DNA of 64,000 nt, taken from contig JBGQBE010000012.1 of NCBI GenBank assembly GCA_041494685.1, positions 1 through 64,000 on the forward strand, given 5' to 3'. The position numbers and the translations under genes are program-made. Source of the stretch: Dehalococcoidia bacterium. GTDB taxonomy: Bacteria; Chloroflexota; Dehalococcoidia; DSTF01; JACRBR01. Of this stretch, positions 9,240-18,996 are shown one piece after another. The notes beneath the pieces are model-generated. The model saw only the letters and a program-made list of their open reading frames with translations, did no database searches and was not told the DNA's origin. Each line of letters starts with the position of its first letter. Within the stretch, counting starts at the first letter, position 1.

Positions 9240-10323
9240 CGCCGGCGGCCACCAGCAGCTCCGCCGCGCGCGCGCCCGCGTTCTTGTCGCCGAACGCTTC
9301 GGCGATGATCTGCTGCACCTTCGCCGGGTCCAGCAACTGGATCGACGCGGTGCACCGCACGCACGAGACGGCGGCGTCGCCCAGCGACTTCGTCTTCAGG
9401 TTGCCGTCGGAGACGCCCTTCAGCATCGTCATGACGCCGGCCGACTGGCGCAGGCTCATATCGGTCGTCACGGTCTTCTTGTAGTCGTCGTACATCCCCG
9501 GCAGCCGCAAGAGCGACATCGGCGACGACAGTTTGTGGATCAGCGCCGACCCGACGCGCTGCTGCCGCTCGATGCGGTCGAAGTCCGTCGAGCCCTGGCG
9601 GATGCGGCCGTACGCTACGGCCTGGTAGCCGTCGAGATGCAACGTGCCCACGGCGAACTGCTCCGGCACCACGTGCACGTCGTCGTCCGAGTAGTCGGCC
9701 TGGCCGATCTCCTTCGGATTGTCGATGGTCACGCCCCCTGCCGCGTCGATCAGCCCCTCGGCGCTGCGCTGGTCGAAGATCACGTAGTGGTCCACCGTGA
9801 TGCCCAGGTTGTGCTCGATCGTGGCCATCACCGCCTTCGGCGCGGCGCTGTGGTCCTTCGACGACCAGTTGTAGACGAACGCCGTGTTGATGCGGTCCTG
9901 CGAGTAGCTGCCGTCCGGCGACGGCACCTCCATCAGCGAGTCGCGTGGCACGCTCAGGAACGACGCCTTGTGCGCGCCCGGGTCGATGCGCAGCAGCAGC
10001 ACCGTGTCGGTGCGGCTCGGGCCGGTCTCCGTCGGGCGGCGGTCCAGGCCGATCACCAGCACCACGTACGGCCGGTCCGGCAGCCCGAAGAGCAGCGGCG
10101 CGCCGCCCGGGAACGGCACGCTGGCCCGGATCGACGTGAGCGGGATCGGGATGGGCTGCACCGTCGTCGCCACGGCCAGAAGGAGATACGCGAACAGCGC
10201 CAGGACGAGGTTGCGGAGCCAGTGCGAGCGCCTGGGCCGGGGCGGCGCGAGCACCTGGGGCGGCGCGGATGGCCCGGGCGCGGGACGGTCGCGCAGCTGC
10301 CCAAAGGCTTCAAAGTCTTCCAT
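9229..10323 (-). CDS. LytR-CpsA-Psr (LCP) family protein
   Basis: VLVIGLD, SRTDT, LSVPRDS, RINTAF, DFDRIERQQ; one N-terminal TM segment. Confidence 0.92.
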   Translation of the reverse strand: MEDFEAFGQLRDRPAPGPSAPPQVLAPPRPRRSHWLRNLVLALFAYLLLAVATTVQPIPIPLTSIRASVPFPGGAPLLFGLPDRPYVVLVIGLDRRPTETGPSRTDTVLLLRIDPGAHKASFLSVPRDSLMEVPSPDGSYSQDRINTAFVYNWSSKDHSAAPKAVMATIEHNLGITVDHYVIFDQRSAEGLIDAAGGVTIDNPKEIGQADYSDDDVHVVPEQFAVGTLHLDGYQAVAYGRIRQGSTDFDRIERQQRVGSALIHKLSSPMSLLRLPGMYDDYKKTVTTDMSLRQSAGVMTMLKGVSDGNLKTKSLGDAAVSCVRCTASIQLLDPAKVQQIIAEAFGDKNAGARAAELLVAAGVTP

Positions 10324-10384
10324 GTCGATCCGATGATATCGGATGCGGCGCGCGCCAGCGGCGCGGGCGGGATAGAATCGCCAC

Positions 10385-10852
10385 ATGCGGATCGGACAGG
10401 GCGTCGACGTGCACGCGTTCGCCGGGGGGCGCCGCCTCGTGTTGGGCGGCGTCGAGATCCCGCACGCCCGCGGTCTCGCCGGCCACTCCGACGCCGACGC
10501 GCTGCTCCACGCGATCATCGACGCGATGCTGGGCGCGGCGGCGCTGGGCGACATCGGCGGCATGTTCCCGTCGAGCGACGCGCAGTGGGCCGAGGCGAGC
10601 AGCATCGACCTGCTGCGCCGCGCCCACGAGCGGGTGCGCGCGGCGGGATACGCCGTGGCCAGCGTCGATGCGACGGTCGTCGCGCAGGAGCCGCGGCTGG
10701 CGCCGCACGTCCCGGCGATGCGGGAGGCGATAGCCACGGCGCTCGAACTTGACGTAACGCTAGTGAGCGTGAAGGCGACGACGAGCGATGGGCTGGGGTT
10801 TACCGGCCGCGGCGAGGGCATTGCCGCCCTTGCGGTGGTGCTGTTAGAGTGA
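10385..10852 (+). CDS. ispF: 2-C-methyl-D-erythritol 2,4-cyclodiphosphate synthase
   Basis: [33 protein letters not shown]. Confidence 0.97.
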   Translation: MRIGQGVDVHAFAGGRRLVLGGVEIPHARGLAGHSDADALLHAIIDAMLGAAALGDIGGMFPSSDAQWAEASSIDLLRRAHERVRAAGYAVASVDATVVAQEPRLAPHVPAMREAIATALELDVTLVSVKATTSDGLGFTGRGEGIAALAVVLLE

Positions 10853-10863
10853 ACAATAACGAA

Positions 10864-11025
10864 CCTGCCGGCAGCGCCCGGCACTGCGAGTTGAACGTGG
10901 CGACGTCTTCCTTCCCCGGTTTCCCGGCCAACGCGACCCGGCTTCGCGGCAGGGCGTCGTGCGGTTGTCCGACGGGGCGCACGGCCTAACGGGCGCTCCG
11001 TAGCACGCCGACAACACCGTCAGGG
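10864..11025 (+). ncRNA. structured RNA candidate (6S-like rod or cis-regulatory leader of cysE-cysS)
   Basis: End-to-end complementarity over about 160 nt, pyrimidine-rich unpaired stretch, upstream TTGCCG-N18-TAGAGT with extended -10 TG. Confidence 0.4.
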
Positions 11026-11048
11026 AGTAGAAGGGGGACCTCGTCCTC

Positions 11049-11825
11049 ATGTCCGTCCTCAAGTCCATCAAGCGCGACATCGACGCCATCCGCGAACGCG
11101 ACCCCGCCGCCCGGAACGTGGCCGAAGTCGTCCTGGCGTATCCCGGCTTCCACGCGCGGGAGCTGCACCGCCTGGCGCACACGCTGCACCGCCGCGGAAT
11201 ACCGGTGCTCCCGCGGGCGATCTCCAACTTCAGCCGCTTCGTCACGGGCATCGAAATCCACCCCGGTGCGACGATCGGCGAGGGGCTGTTCATCGACCAC
11301 GGCATGGGCGTCGTCATCGGCGAGACGGCCGAGATCGGCGACGACTGCCACATCCTGCAGGGCGTGACGCTGGGCGGCACGAGCCTGCACCGCAGCAAGC
11401 GCCACCCGACGCTGGGCAACCGCGTCACGGTCGGCGCCGGCGCGAAGCTCATCGGCGCCGTCGAGATCGGCGACAACGCACGCATCGGCGCCGGTTCGGT
11501 CGTCGTCACGAATGTGCCGGAGAACGCGACGGTCGTCGGCGTGCCCGGGCACGTCGTCTCGTTCCACGACCCCGGCAGCGATACGCTCACGCGCCTGCCG
11601 GACCCGGAGTGGGACCGCATCGACGCGCTGGAGCGCCACATCGAGCGCATGGACCGCCGGATGCGTGCGCTGCAGGAGAAGCTGGAGGCGCTGGGCGCGC
11701 AGACGGGCGAGCAAGAGCGCGACGGCAGCGAGCCCATGCACCTGCACCGCCGCCGCGACCTCGTCCCCGTGCCCGACGCGCCGCCGGATGATACGCTCCC
11801 GAGCAGGGAGGCGTCCGGCGGTTGA
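11049..11825 (+). CDS. cysE: serine O-acetyltransferase
   Basis: RDPAAR, TGIEIHPGATIG, FIDHGMGVVIGETA, KRHPTLG hexapeptide repeats. Confidence 0.96.
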   Translation: MSVLKSIKRDIDAIRERDPAARNVAEVVLAYPGFHARELHRLAHTLHRRGIPVLPRAISNFSRFVTGIEIHPGATIGEGLFIDHGMGVVIGETAEIGDDCHILQGVTLGGTSLHRSKRHPTLGNRVTVGAGAKLIGAVEIGDNARIGAGSVVVTNVPENATVVGVPGHVVSFHDPGSDTLTRLPDPEWDRIDALERHIERMDRRMRALQEKLEALGAQTGEQERDGSEPMHLHRRRDLVPVPDAPPDDTLPSREASGG

Positions 11826-13201
11826 TCCGCTTCACGAACACACTCACCCGCCAGCTTGAGGAATTCAAGCCACAGGGCGACATTGTGACGATGTACGTCT
11901 GCGGCATCACGCCGTACGACGAGTCGCACATCGGCCACGCCATGAGCTACATCGTGTTCGACGTCGTGAAGCGCTACCTGACCTGGCGCGGCTTCAGGGT
12001 CAAACACGCCCAGAACTTCACCGACATCGACGACCGGATCATCGAGCGGGCGAACCGGCTGAAGATCACGACGGATGAGCTCGTGCAGAAGTTCATCGGC
12101 CGCTACATGGACGACATGCGCGACCTGAACGTGCTGCCCGCCGACGTCTACCCGTATGCGACGCGCGAGGTGCCCGAGATGATCGAGATCATCCAGGGGC
12201 TGATCGCGAAGGGCTACGCCTACGAGGCCGCCTCGCCGCAGAGCGAGTGGTCGGACGTCTACTATCGCGTGTCGGCGAAGAAGGACTACGGCAAGCTGTC
12301 GCACCGCACGCAGGATTCCCTGCTCGCCGGCGCGCGCGTCGAGTCCGGGGAGCAGAAGGAGAACGCGGCGGACTTCGCGCTCTGGAAGGGCGCGAAGGCG
12401 GGCGAGCCCAGCTGGGACAGCCCGTGGGGGAAGGGCCGCCCCGGATGGCACATCGAATGCTCCGCCATGTCGCTCAAGTACCTCGGCGAGCGCATCGACA
12501 TCCACGGCGGCGGCGAGGACCTGGTCTTCCCGCATCACGAGAACGAGATCGCGCAGACCGAAGCCTATACCGGCGCGGAGCCGTTCGTGCGCTACTGGCT
12601 GCACAACGCCTGGGTGAAGATGGGTGAGGAGAAGATGAGCAAGTCGCTCGGAAACTTCATCACCATCCGCGACGGGCTGAACAAGGTCGGCGGCGACGGC
12701 CTGCGCCTGTGGGTGCTGACCTCGCACTACCGCAAGCCGCTGACCTTCAGCGAGGACACGCTGGAGGCCGCGAAGAACGGCGCCGACCGCCTGCGCACCG
12801 CCGCGCGCGCGTCCGCGGCCGGCGACGGCGACGCGGGCATCGACGACGCGGCGTTCCGAGAGCGCTTCACCGCCGCCATGGACGACGACCTGAACACCCC
12901 GCAGGCGCTCGCCGTGCTGTTCGATCTCGCGAAGGAGATCAACCGCGCGCGCGACGACGGCCGCGGCATCGCCGGCGCCCAGGGTCTGCTATTGGAACTG
13001 GCCGATGTGCTGGGGCTGCGGCTGGAGCAGGCCGAGCAGGCGATCGAGGCCGCGCCGTTCATCGACCTGCTGGTGCGGGTCCGCGGCGATCTGCGCGCCG
13101 CGAAGCAGTGGCAGATGAGCGACCTGATCCGCGACGGGCTCGCCGCCCTCCACATCACGCTGGAAGATGGGCCGCAGGGGACGACCTGGAAGCCGGAGTA
13201 G
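11822..13201 (+). CDS. cysS: cysteine--tRNA ligase
   Basis: MYVCGITPY, HIGH, GRPGWHIECSAM, KMSKS; TTG start overlapping cysE stop. Confidence 0.97.
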   Translation: MIRFTNTLTRQLEEFKPQGDIVTMYVCGITPYDESHIGHAMSYIVFDVVKRYLTWRGFRVKHAQNFTDIDDRIIERANRLKITTDELVQKFIGRYMDDMRDLNVLPADVYPYATREVPEMIEIIQGLIAKGYAYEAASPQSEWSDVYYRVSAKKDYGKLSHRTQDSLLAGARVESGEQKENAADFALWKGAKAGEPSWDSPWGKGRPGWHIECSAMSLKYLGERIDIHGGGEDLVFPHHENEIAQTEAYTGAEPFVRYWLHNAWVKMGEEKMSKSLGNFITIRDGLNKVGGDGLRLWVLTSHYRKPLTFSEDTLEAAKNGADRLRTAARASAAGDGDAGIDDAAFRERFTAAMDDDLNTPQALAVLFDLAKEINRARDDGRGIAGAQGLLLELADVLGLRLEQAEQAIEAAPFIDLLVRVRGDLRAAKQWQMSDLIRDGLAALHITLEDGPQGTTWKPE

Positions 13202-13204
13202 CCG

Positions 13205-13591
13205 CTATGCCGCGCTGAGCAGCGGCAGCGTCTCGATCGACTCCGCGTGCTCGGGGTAGTGGTAGATGGTCACCTGCCACGCGCCGCCGTACTGGGCGAT
13301 CCGGCTCCGCACTCGCAGCATCGCGTCCCTCATGCCGCGCGCGTCCGTCTCCACCAGCAGCGCAACGAGGGTGTCGTCGAACATCTTGCCGACCGTGTCG
13401 CACGAGCGCACCGACTGGCACAGGATCGCGATGCCGATCTCCATCTTCTTGCGGATCGGGATGCCGTCCGATGAGGGAAGCACCTCGAACACCGCCAGGC
13501 CGAACGTCCGGTCATGGCGCTTGGCGCGCGCGATCTCCTCGCGGATGCGCGACTGCATGTAGGGCCGGTCGTGGATCTCACTCGTTGGCAA
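13205..13591 (-). CDS. degenerate stand-alone GGDEF-like domain protein
   Basis: RIREEIARAKRH...FGLAVF and VRSCDTVGKMFDDTLVALL follow the GGDEF scaffold without the GGDEF motif; TTG start after GGGAG chosen, ORF extends to 13666. Confidence 0.65.
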   Translation of the reverse strand: MPTSEIHDRPYMQSRIREEIARAKRHDRTFGLAVFEVLPSSDGIPIRKKMEIGIAILCQSVRSCDTVGKMFDDTLVALLVETDARGMRDAMLRVRSRIAQYGGAWQVTIYHYPEHAESIETLPLLSAA

Positions 13592-13707
13592 GGATCGCTC
13601 CCGCGCGCTCTGGACGCAGATGTCACCAGTGAAGTATCGGCAACCCCCCCTAGTGTTATGAGACACATGACGACTTTGTTGCAGGGGCTCCCCAGATTCA
13701 GATTTGG

Positions 13708-13736
13708 TTGCCAGTACGCAGGGCCGTACCTATAAT
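13708..13736 (+). promoter_or_regulatory. sigma70-type promoter of usp-trkA-trkA-pheA
   Basis: TTGCCA-N17-TATAAT, followed by 5' hairpin AGACGCCT-GCAACG-AGGCGTCT (13741-13762). Confidence 0.8.
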
Positions 13737-13785
13737 GGCGAGACGCCTGCAACGAGGCGTCTGAGCCTCGCGGAGTAGACGTAAT

Positions 13786-14235
13786 TTGGCTGCTACCGAC
13801 CCCTTGGCGGGCGTCCGCTCAATCCTCGTTCCTGTCGATGGTTCCCCGGCCAGCCTGGACGCCATCCGGCTCGCCTGCTCGATCGCCAAGAAGAACAAGG
13901 GCATCGTGTACGCGGTCCACGTCATCGAGGTGAGGCGGTCGCTGCCACTCGACGCCGACCTCTCCGCGGAGGCGTCCGTCGGCGAGGACGTGCTGACGCG
14001 CGCCGAGCAGGTGGCGGCCGACGCCGACTTCCGCATCGAGGGCGACCTGCTGCAGGCGCGCGAGGCGGGCCACGCCGTCGTCGACGAGGCGGTCGAGAAG
14101 AAGGTGGACCTCATCCTGATGGGGGCCGAGCACAAAGCGCCGCTGGGCGAGTACCAGATGGGGCGCCTCACGCAGTACGTCTTGCGGGCGGCGCCGTGCA
14201 ACGTGTGGGTGTGGCGCCACCCGGTGCACGAATGA
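13786..14235 (+). CDS. universal stress protein
   Basis: ILVPVDGSPAS, VDLILMG, YVLRAAPCNV. Confidence 0.9.
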   Translation: MAATDPLAGVRSILVPVDGSPASLDAIRLACSIAKKNKGIVYAVHVIEVRRSLPLDADLSAEASVGEDVLTRAEQVAADADFRIEGDLLQAREAGHAVVDEAVEKKVDLILMGAEHKAPLGEYQMGRLTQYVLRAAPCNVWVWRHPVHE

Positions 14236-14255
14236 CAACACAGGGCGGGAGCACG

Positions 14256-14714
14256 ATGAAGAAAGTCGTCATCATGGGCTGCGGCCGTGTAGGCGCTGCG
14301 CTCGCAGCGGATCTGGATGCTGAGGGCAACCAGGTCCTCGTGCTGGACACCGACCCGGCGGCGTTCCGCTTCCTGCCCGAGGGCTTCCGCGGCACGACGG
14401 TCGTCGGCAACGGCATCGACCTCGACGTCCTGCGCCGCCTCGGCATCGAGAACATGGACGTGTTCGTCAGCGCCACGCGCGGCGACAACCGCAACGTGAT
14501 GGCCGCGCAGATCGCCAAGCACATCTTCGGCGTGCCGGTCGTCGCGAGCCGCGTCTTCGACCCGATCCGCGAGGAGATGTACCGCAACATGGGCCTGCGC
14601 ACGATCAACCCGACGCGCGTCCAGTCCCGGCGGCTGAAGAAGATCATCGAAGCGCCGGACGACGACGCCGCGAACGCGATCGCGGCGGAGTTCCTGGCGC
14701 AGGACGGAGCGTAG
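14256..14714 (+). CDS. trkA: TrkA-family potassium uptake regulatory protein (RCK_N only)
   Basis: VVIMGCGRVG, ATRGDNRN Rossmann/RCK_N; no RCK_C domain. Confidence 0.88.
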   Translation: MKKVVIMGCGRVGAALAADLDAEGNQVLVLDTDPAAFRFLPEGFRGTTVVGNGIDLDVLRRLGIENMDVFVSATRGDNRNVMAAQIAKHIFGVPVVASRVFDPIREEMYRNMGLRTINPTRVQSRRLKKIIEAPDDDAANAIAAEFLAQDGA

Positions 14715-14719
14715 CAGCC

Positions 14720-15403
14720 ATGTACATGATCATCGTCGGAGGCGGGAAGGTCGGCCTGCAGCTCGCCAAGGACCTCCTCGCGGACGGCATGCACGAGGTC
14801 CTGATCATCGAGCAGGACGCCGAGAAAGTCACCGAGATCGGGCAGGATCTGCCGGACGTCGTGATGCTCGGCGACGGCTGCGAGGCCACCGTGCTCGAGA
14901 AGGCCGGCTGCGCCCGCGCGAACATGCTGATCGCCGTCACCGGCGACGACGAGGACAACCTGGTCTCGTGCCAGGTGGCGAAGCAGCGCTTCAACGTGCC
15001 GCGCACGGTCGCCCGCATCAACAACCCCAAGAACGAAGAGATCTTCCGCAAGCTCGAGGTGGACATCACGGTCAGCGCCACCTCTGCCATCATGGCGCAC
15101 ATCGAGCAGGAGCTGCCGACGCACCACTTGATCCCGCTGATGAAGCTCAAGGGCAGCGGCCTGGAGGTCGTCGGCCTCCGCATCCCGGACGACTCGCGCG
15201 TGGTGGGCCAGCCGGTCCGGAGCATCATGCTGCCGTACCAGTCGATCATCGCGCTCGTCGTGGGCGAGGACGGGCAGGCGAAAGTGCCGACCGGCGACAC
15301 GATCCTGCACGCCGACGACGAGGTGATGGCCGTCACCCTGCACGAGAGCGAGGAATCGCTGCGGGAGGCGCTGATGGCGCCGCCCCCGGCGCGCACGTTC
15401 TAG
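14720..15403 (+). CDS. trkA: TrkA-family potassium uptake regulatory protein (RCK_N + RCK_C)
   Basis: IIVGGGKVG, AVTGDDEDNL, VARINNP, PTGDTILHADD. Confidence 0.9.
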   Translation: MYMIIVGGGKVGLQLAKDLLADGMHEVLIIEQDAEKVTEIGQDLPDVVMLGDGCEATVLEKAGCARANMLIAVTGDDEDNLVSCQVAKQRFNVPRTVARINNPKNEEIFRKLEVDITVSATSAIMAHIEQELPTHHLIPLMKLKGSGLEVVGLRIPDDSRVVGQPVRSIMLPYQSIIALVVGEDGQAKVPTGDTILHADDEVMAVTLHESEESLREALMAPPPARTF

Positions 15404-16230
15404 TGGCCACCATCGCCCGCGTCGCCTACCTGGGCCCGGCCGGCACCAACAGCGAGGTCGCCGCGATGCGCGCCTACCCCGCCGCCCGGCACCTCCCGTA
15501 CCCCACCGTCGTCGCCGCCGTCCGCGCCGTCCAGGCGGGCGAGGCCGACTGCGCCGTCGTCCCGATCGAGAACAGCCTGCAGGGCACCATCACCGACACG
15601 GTCGACCTGCTGATCCACGAGGACGACCTGGCGATCTGCGGCGAACTCGTGCTGGACATCGAGCACTGCCTGATGGTGCCGCCCGGCGCGAAACGCGAGT
15701 CGATCACCGTTATCTACTCGCACCCGCAGTCGCTGGGGCAGTGCCGCCGCTACCTGGAGACGAACTTCAACGGCGTGCGCACCGAGGCCGCCCTTTCGAA
15801 CTCCGAGGCCGTCGCCGTGATGATGCGCACGGCCGGCGCCGCGGCGATCGGCCCCGCGCGCGCCGCCGAGATCTACGGCGCGGAGATCCTGGAGCGCGGC
15901 ATCGAGGACTCGCCGGTGAACAAGACGCGCTTCGTCGCCGTCGCGCGGCAGGGCGCCGCGCCCACCGGCCGCGACAAGACGTCGCTGGCGTTCGCCGTCG
16001 CGCACGACCGCCCCGGCACGCTCGTCAGCGTCCTGCACGAGTTCGCCGACCGCCAGATCAACCTCACGAAGATCGAGTCCCGCCCGTCGGGCGAAGACCT
16101 CGGCGTCTACGTCTTCCTCATCGACGTCGAAGGCCACCGCGACGACCCGCTGATCGCGCAGGCGCTCGCCGCGGTCAAGGAGCAAGCCGACTTCTTCAAA
16201 GTCTTCGGCTCGTACCCCGCGGCCACCTAG
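15403..16230 (+). CDS. pheA: prephenate dehydratase
   Basis: AYLGPAGTNSE, VPIENS, SHPQSLGQC, NKTRF, ACT domain NLTKIESRP; GTG overlaps trkA stop. Confidence 0.95.
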   Translation: MATIARVAYLGPAGTNSEVAAMRAYPAARHLPYPTVVAAVRAVQAGEADCAVVPIENSLQGTITDTVDLLIHEDDLAICGELVLDIEHCLMVPPGAKRESITVIYSHPQSLGQCRRYLETNFNGVRTEAALSNSEAVAVMMRTAGAAAIGPARAAEIYGAEILERGIEDSPVNKTRFVAVARQGAAPTGRDKTSLAFAVAHDRPGTLVSVLHEFADRQINLTKIESRPSGEDLGVYVFLIDVEGHRDDPLIAQALAAVKEQADFFKVFGSYPAAT

Positions 16231-16391
16231 CCTCCTTGTCGCTGGTGGCCGCCGCGGAACGTCTGCGTCGTTCGACGCTGCGTGGGGACGCACGTGCATC
16301 CGCAAGATCCGGATAGTTCCTCCCTGCTCGTCGCCGCAAACTGTGACTGCGAACTGCCCGGTGGCGGCAGGCACGAGTGGAGGAGGGTGCC

Positions 16392-16607
16392 GTGGACCCG
16401 ATGACGTTGAAACAGCTCGGCGAATGGCGGCTCGAGGCGATGCGGCGCGATGCCCGGTGCCGCGACGCGCTGTGCGAAGTCCACAGGGAACTCGCGCGGA
16501 CGGGAGACGGGCGTCGTGGGGTTCGAGCGGCCGGCGCAGTGCGACGTGCGGTCGGCGGTGCGCTCGTGTACTCCGGTCTTCGCGTCCTCGGTGATCAGGG
16601 CGCGTAG
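16392..16607 (+). CDS. small hypothetical protein
   Basis: Strong RBS GGAGGAGG before GTG; basic helical peptide ending RRAVGGALVYSGLRVLG. Confidence 0.5.
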   Translation: MDPMTLKQLGEWRLEAMRRDARCRDALCEVHRELARTGDGRRGVRAAGAVRRAVGGALVYSGLRVLGDQGA

Positions 16608-16702
16608 CCGGGTGCGCGTGGATCAGCTGCACACGACAAACGGGTGCCGCGCACAGCGCGGCACCCGTTACGCTCACGACGTACCAGCGACCAGCGACCA
16701 GA

Positions 16703-17782
16703 TCAGAACATCAGCACCGTGCGCGCGACTTCGCCGGCCTTCATCGCGCGGAACGCCTCGTTCACGTCCTCCAGCTTGCCGCGCACGCTGATCATCTCGT
16801 CCAGCTTGAGGCGGCCCTGCAGGTACAGGTCGATGTAGTGCGGCATGTCTACGCGGAAGCGGTTGGAGCCCATCAGGCTGCCCTGCATCTTCTTCTCGCT
16901 CAGGAACTCGTAGCCGTCCAGTTCCACCTTCTGTCCCACCGGGATCATGCCGATGATCGTCGACACGCCGCCGCACGCCAGCGCGCGGAACGACTGCTCC
17001 GCCGTCACCTTCAGGCCGATCGCCTCGAACGAGTACTCCACGCCGCCGTCGGTGATCTCCTTCACGGCCTGCACCGGGTCGTGCGACGACGCGTCGACGA
17101 TGTGCGTCGCGCCCATCTCCTTCGCCGTCGCCAGCTTGCTCTCCACCATGTCCACGGCGATGATCGTCCGCGCGCCCGCGATCCGCGCGCCCTGGATCGC
17201 CGACAGGCCGATGCCGCCCGCGCCGAACACCGCTACCGTCGCGCCCGCGGGCACCTTCGCCGTGTTCAGCACCGCGCCCACGCCCGTCATCACGCCGCAG
17301 CCGATGAGCGCGGCCTTGTCTAGCGGCATGTCGGGGCGGATCTTCACGAGCGCGTTCTCGTGCAGCAGCATGTACTCGGCGTAACCCGCCAGGTCCAGCC
17401 CCTGGAAGATCGACTCGCCCTTCTGCGAGAGGCGCGGCTTCTCCATCGGCGCGCGCTTTGTCTCCGGGTTCGCGCAGAGGTTCGGGCGGCCGGTCAGGCA
17501 GAAGTCGCAGTGCCCGCAGAACACCGACAGGCAGCCGATGATGTGGTCGCCCGGCTTCACGTACGTCACCAGCTCGCCCACCGCCTCGACGATGCCCGCG
17601 GGCTCGTGGCCCAGCACCGCCGGCGCCGGATAGGGGTACAGGCCGTCGACGAAGTGCAGGTCGCTGTGGCAGACGCCGCACGCGGCCGTCTTCACCAGCA
17701 CTTCGCGCGGGCCGGGCTTGTCGATGTCGATCTCTTCGATGCTCAAGGGCTGTTTCGCGGCGCGGAAGATAGCGGCTCTCAT
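16703..17782 (-). CDS. Zn-dependent alcohol dehydrogenase (class III-like MDR)
   Basis: CHSD, GHEPAG, CGHCDFC..C, GCGVMTG, GAGGIG. Confidence 0.93.
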   Translation of the reverse strand: MRAAIFRAAKQPLSIEEIDIDKPGPREVLVKTAACGVCHSDLHFVDGLYPYPAPAVLGHEPAGIVEAVGELVTYVKPGDHIIGCLSVFCGHCDFCLTGRPNLCANPETKRAPMEKPRLSQKGESIFQGLDLAGYAEYMLLHENALVKIRPDMPLDKAALIGCGVMTGVGAVLNTAKVPAGATVAVFGAGGIGLSAIQGARIAGARTIIAVDMVESKLATAKEMGATHIVDASSHDPVQAVKEITDGGVEYSFEAIGLKVTAEQSFRALACGGVSTIIGMIPVGQKVELDGYEFLSEKKMQGSLMGSNRFRVDMPHYIDLYLQGRLKLDEMISVRGKLEDVNEAFRAMKAGEVARTVLMF

Positions 17783-17948
17783 GGAATCTCCAGTCTGCGC
17801 CCGTGGCCCGCCGCACCGTCGCGACGTTGGAGGGCATCGCAAGGCTACGCCCGCGCGCCGCTTCGCTCAAGCGGCCTGCCGCTACCGGCCGGGTCGGCCT
17901 ATACTATCCCCACTTCCAACGCATACAGCAGGAGACGGCGGACCGCGC

Positions 17949-18989
<1,041 letters not shown>

Positions 18990-18996
18990 GGGACGA

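Noticed and set aside
10853..11048. T-box riboswitch upstream of cysE-cysS
   Set aside because: No GGTGGNACC antiterminator bulge or convincing specifier stem found; kept only as a generic structured RNA.
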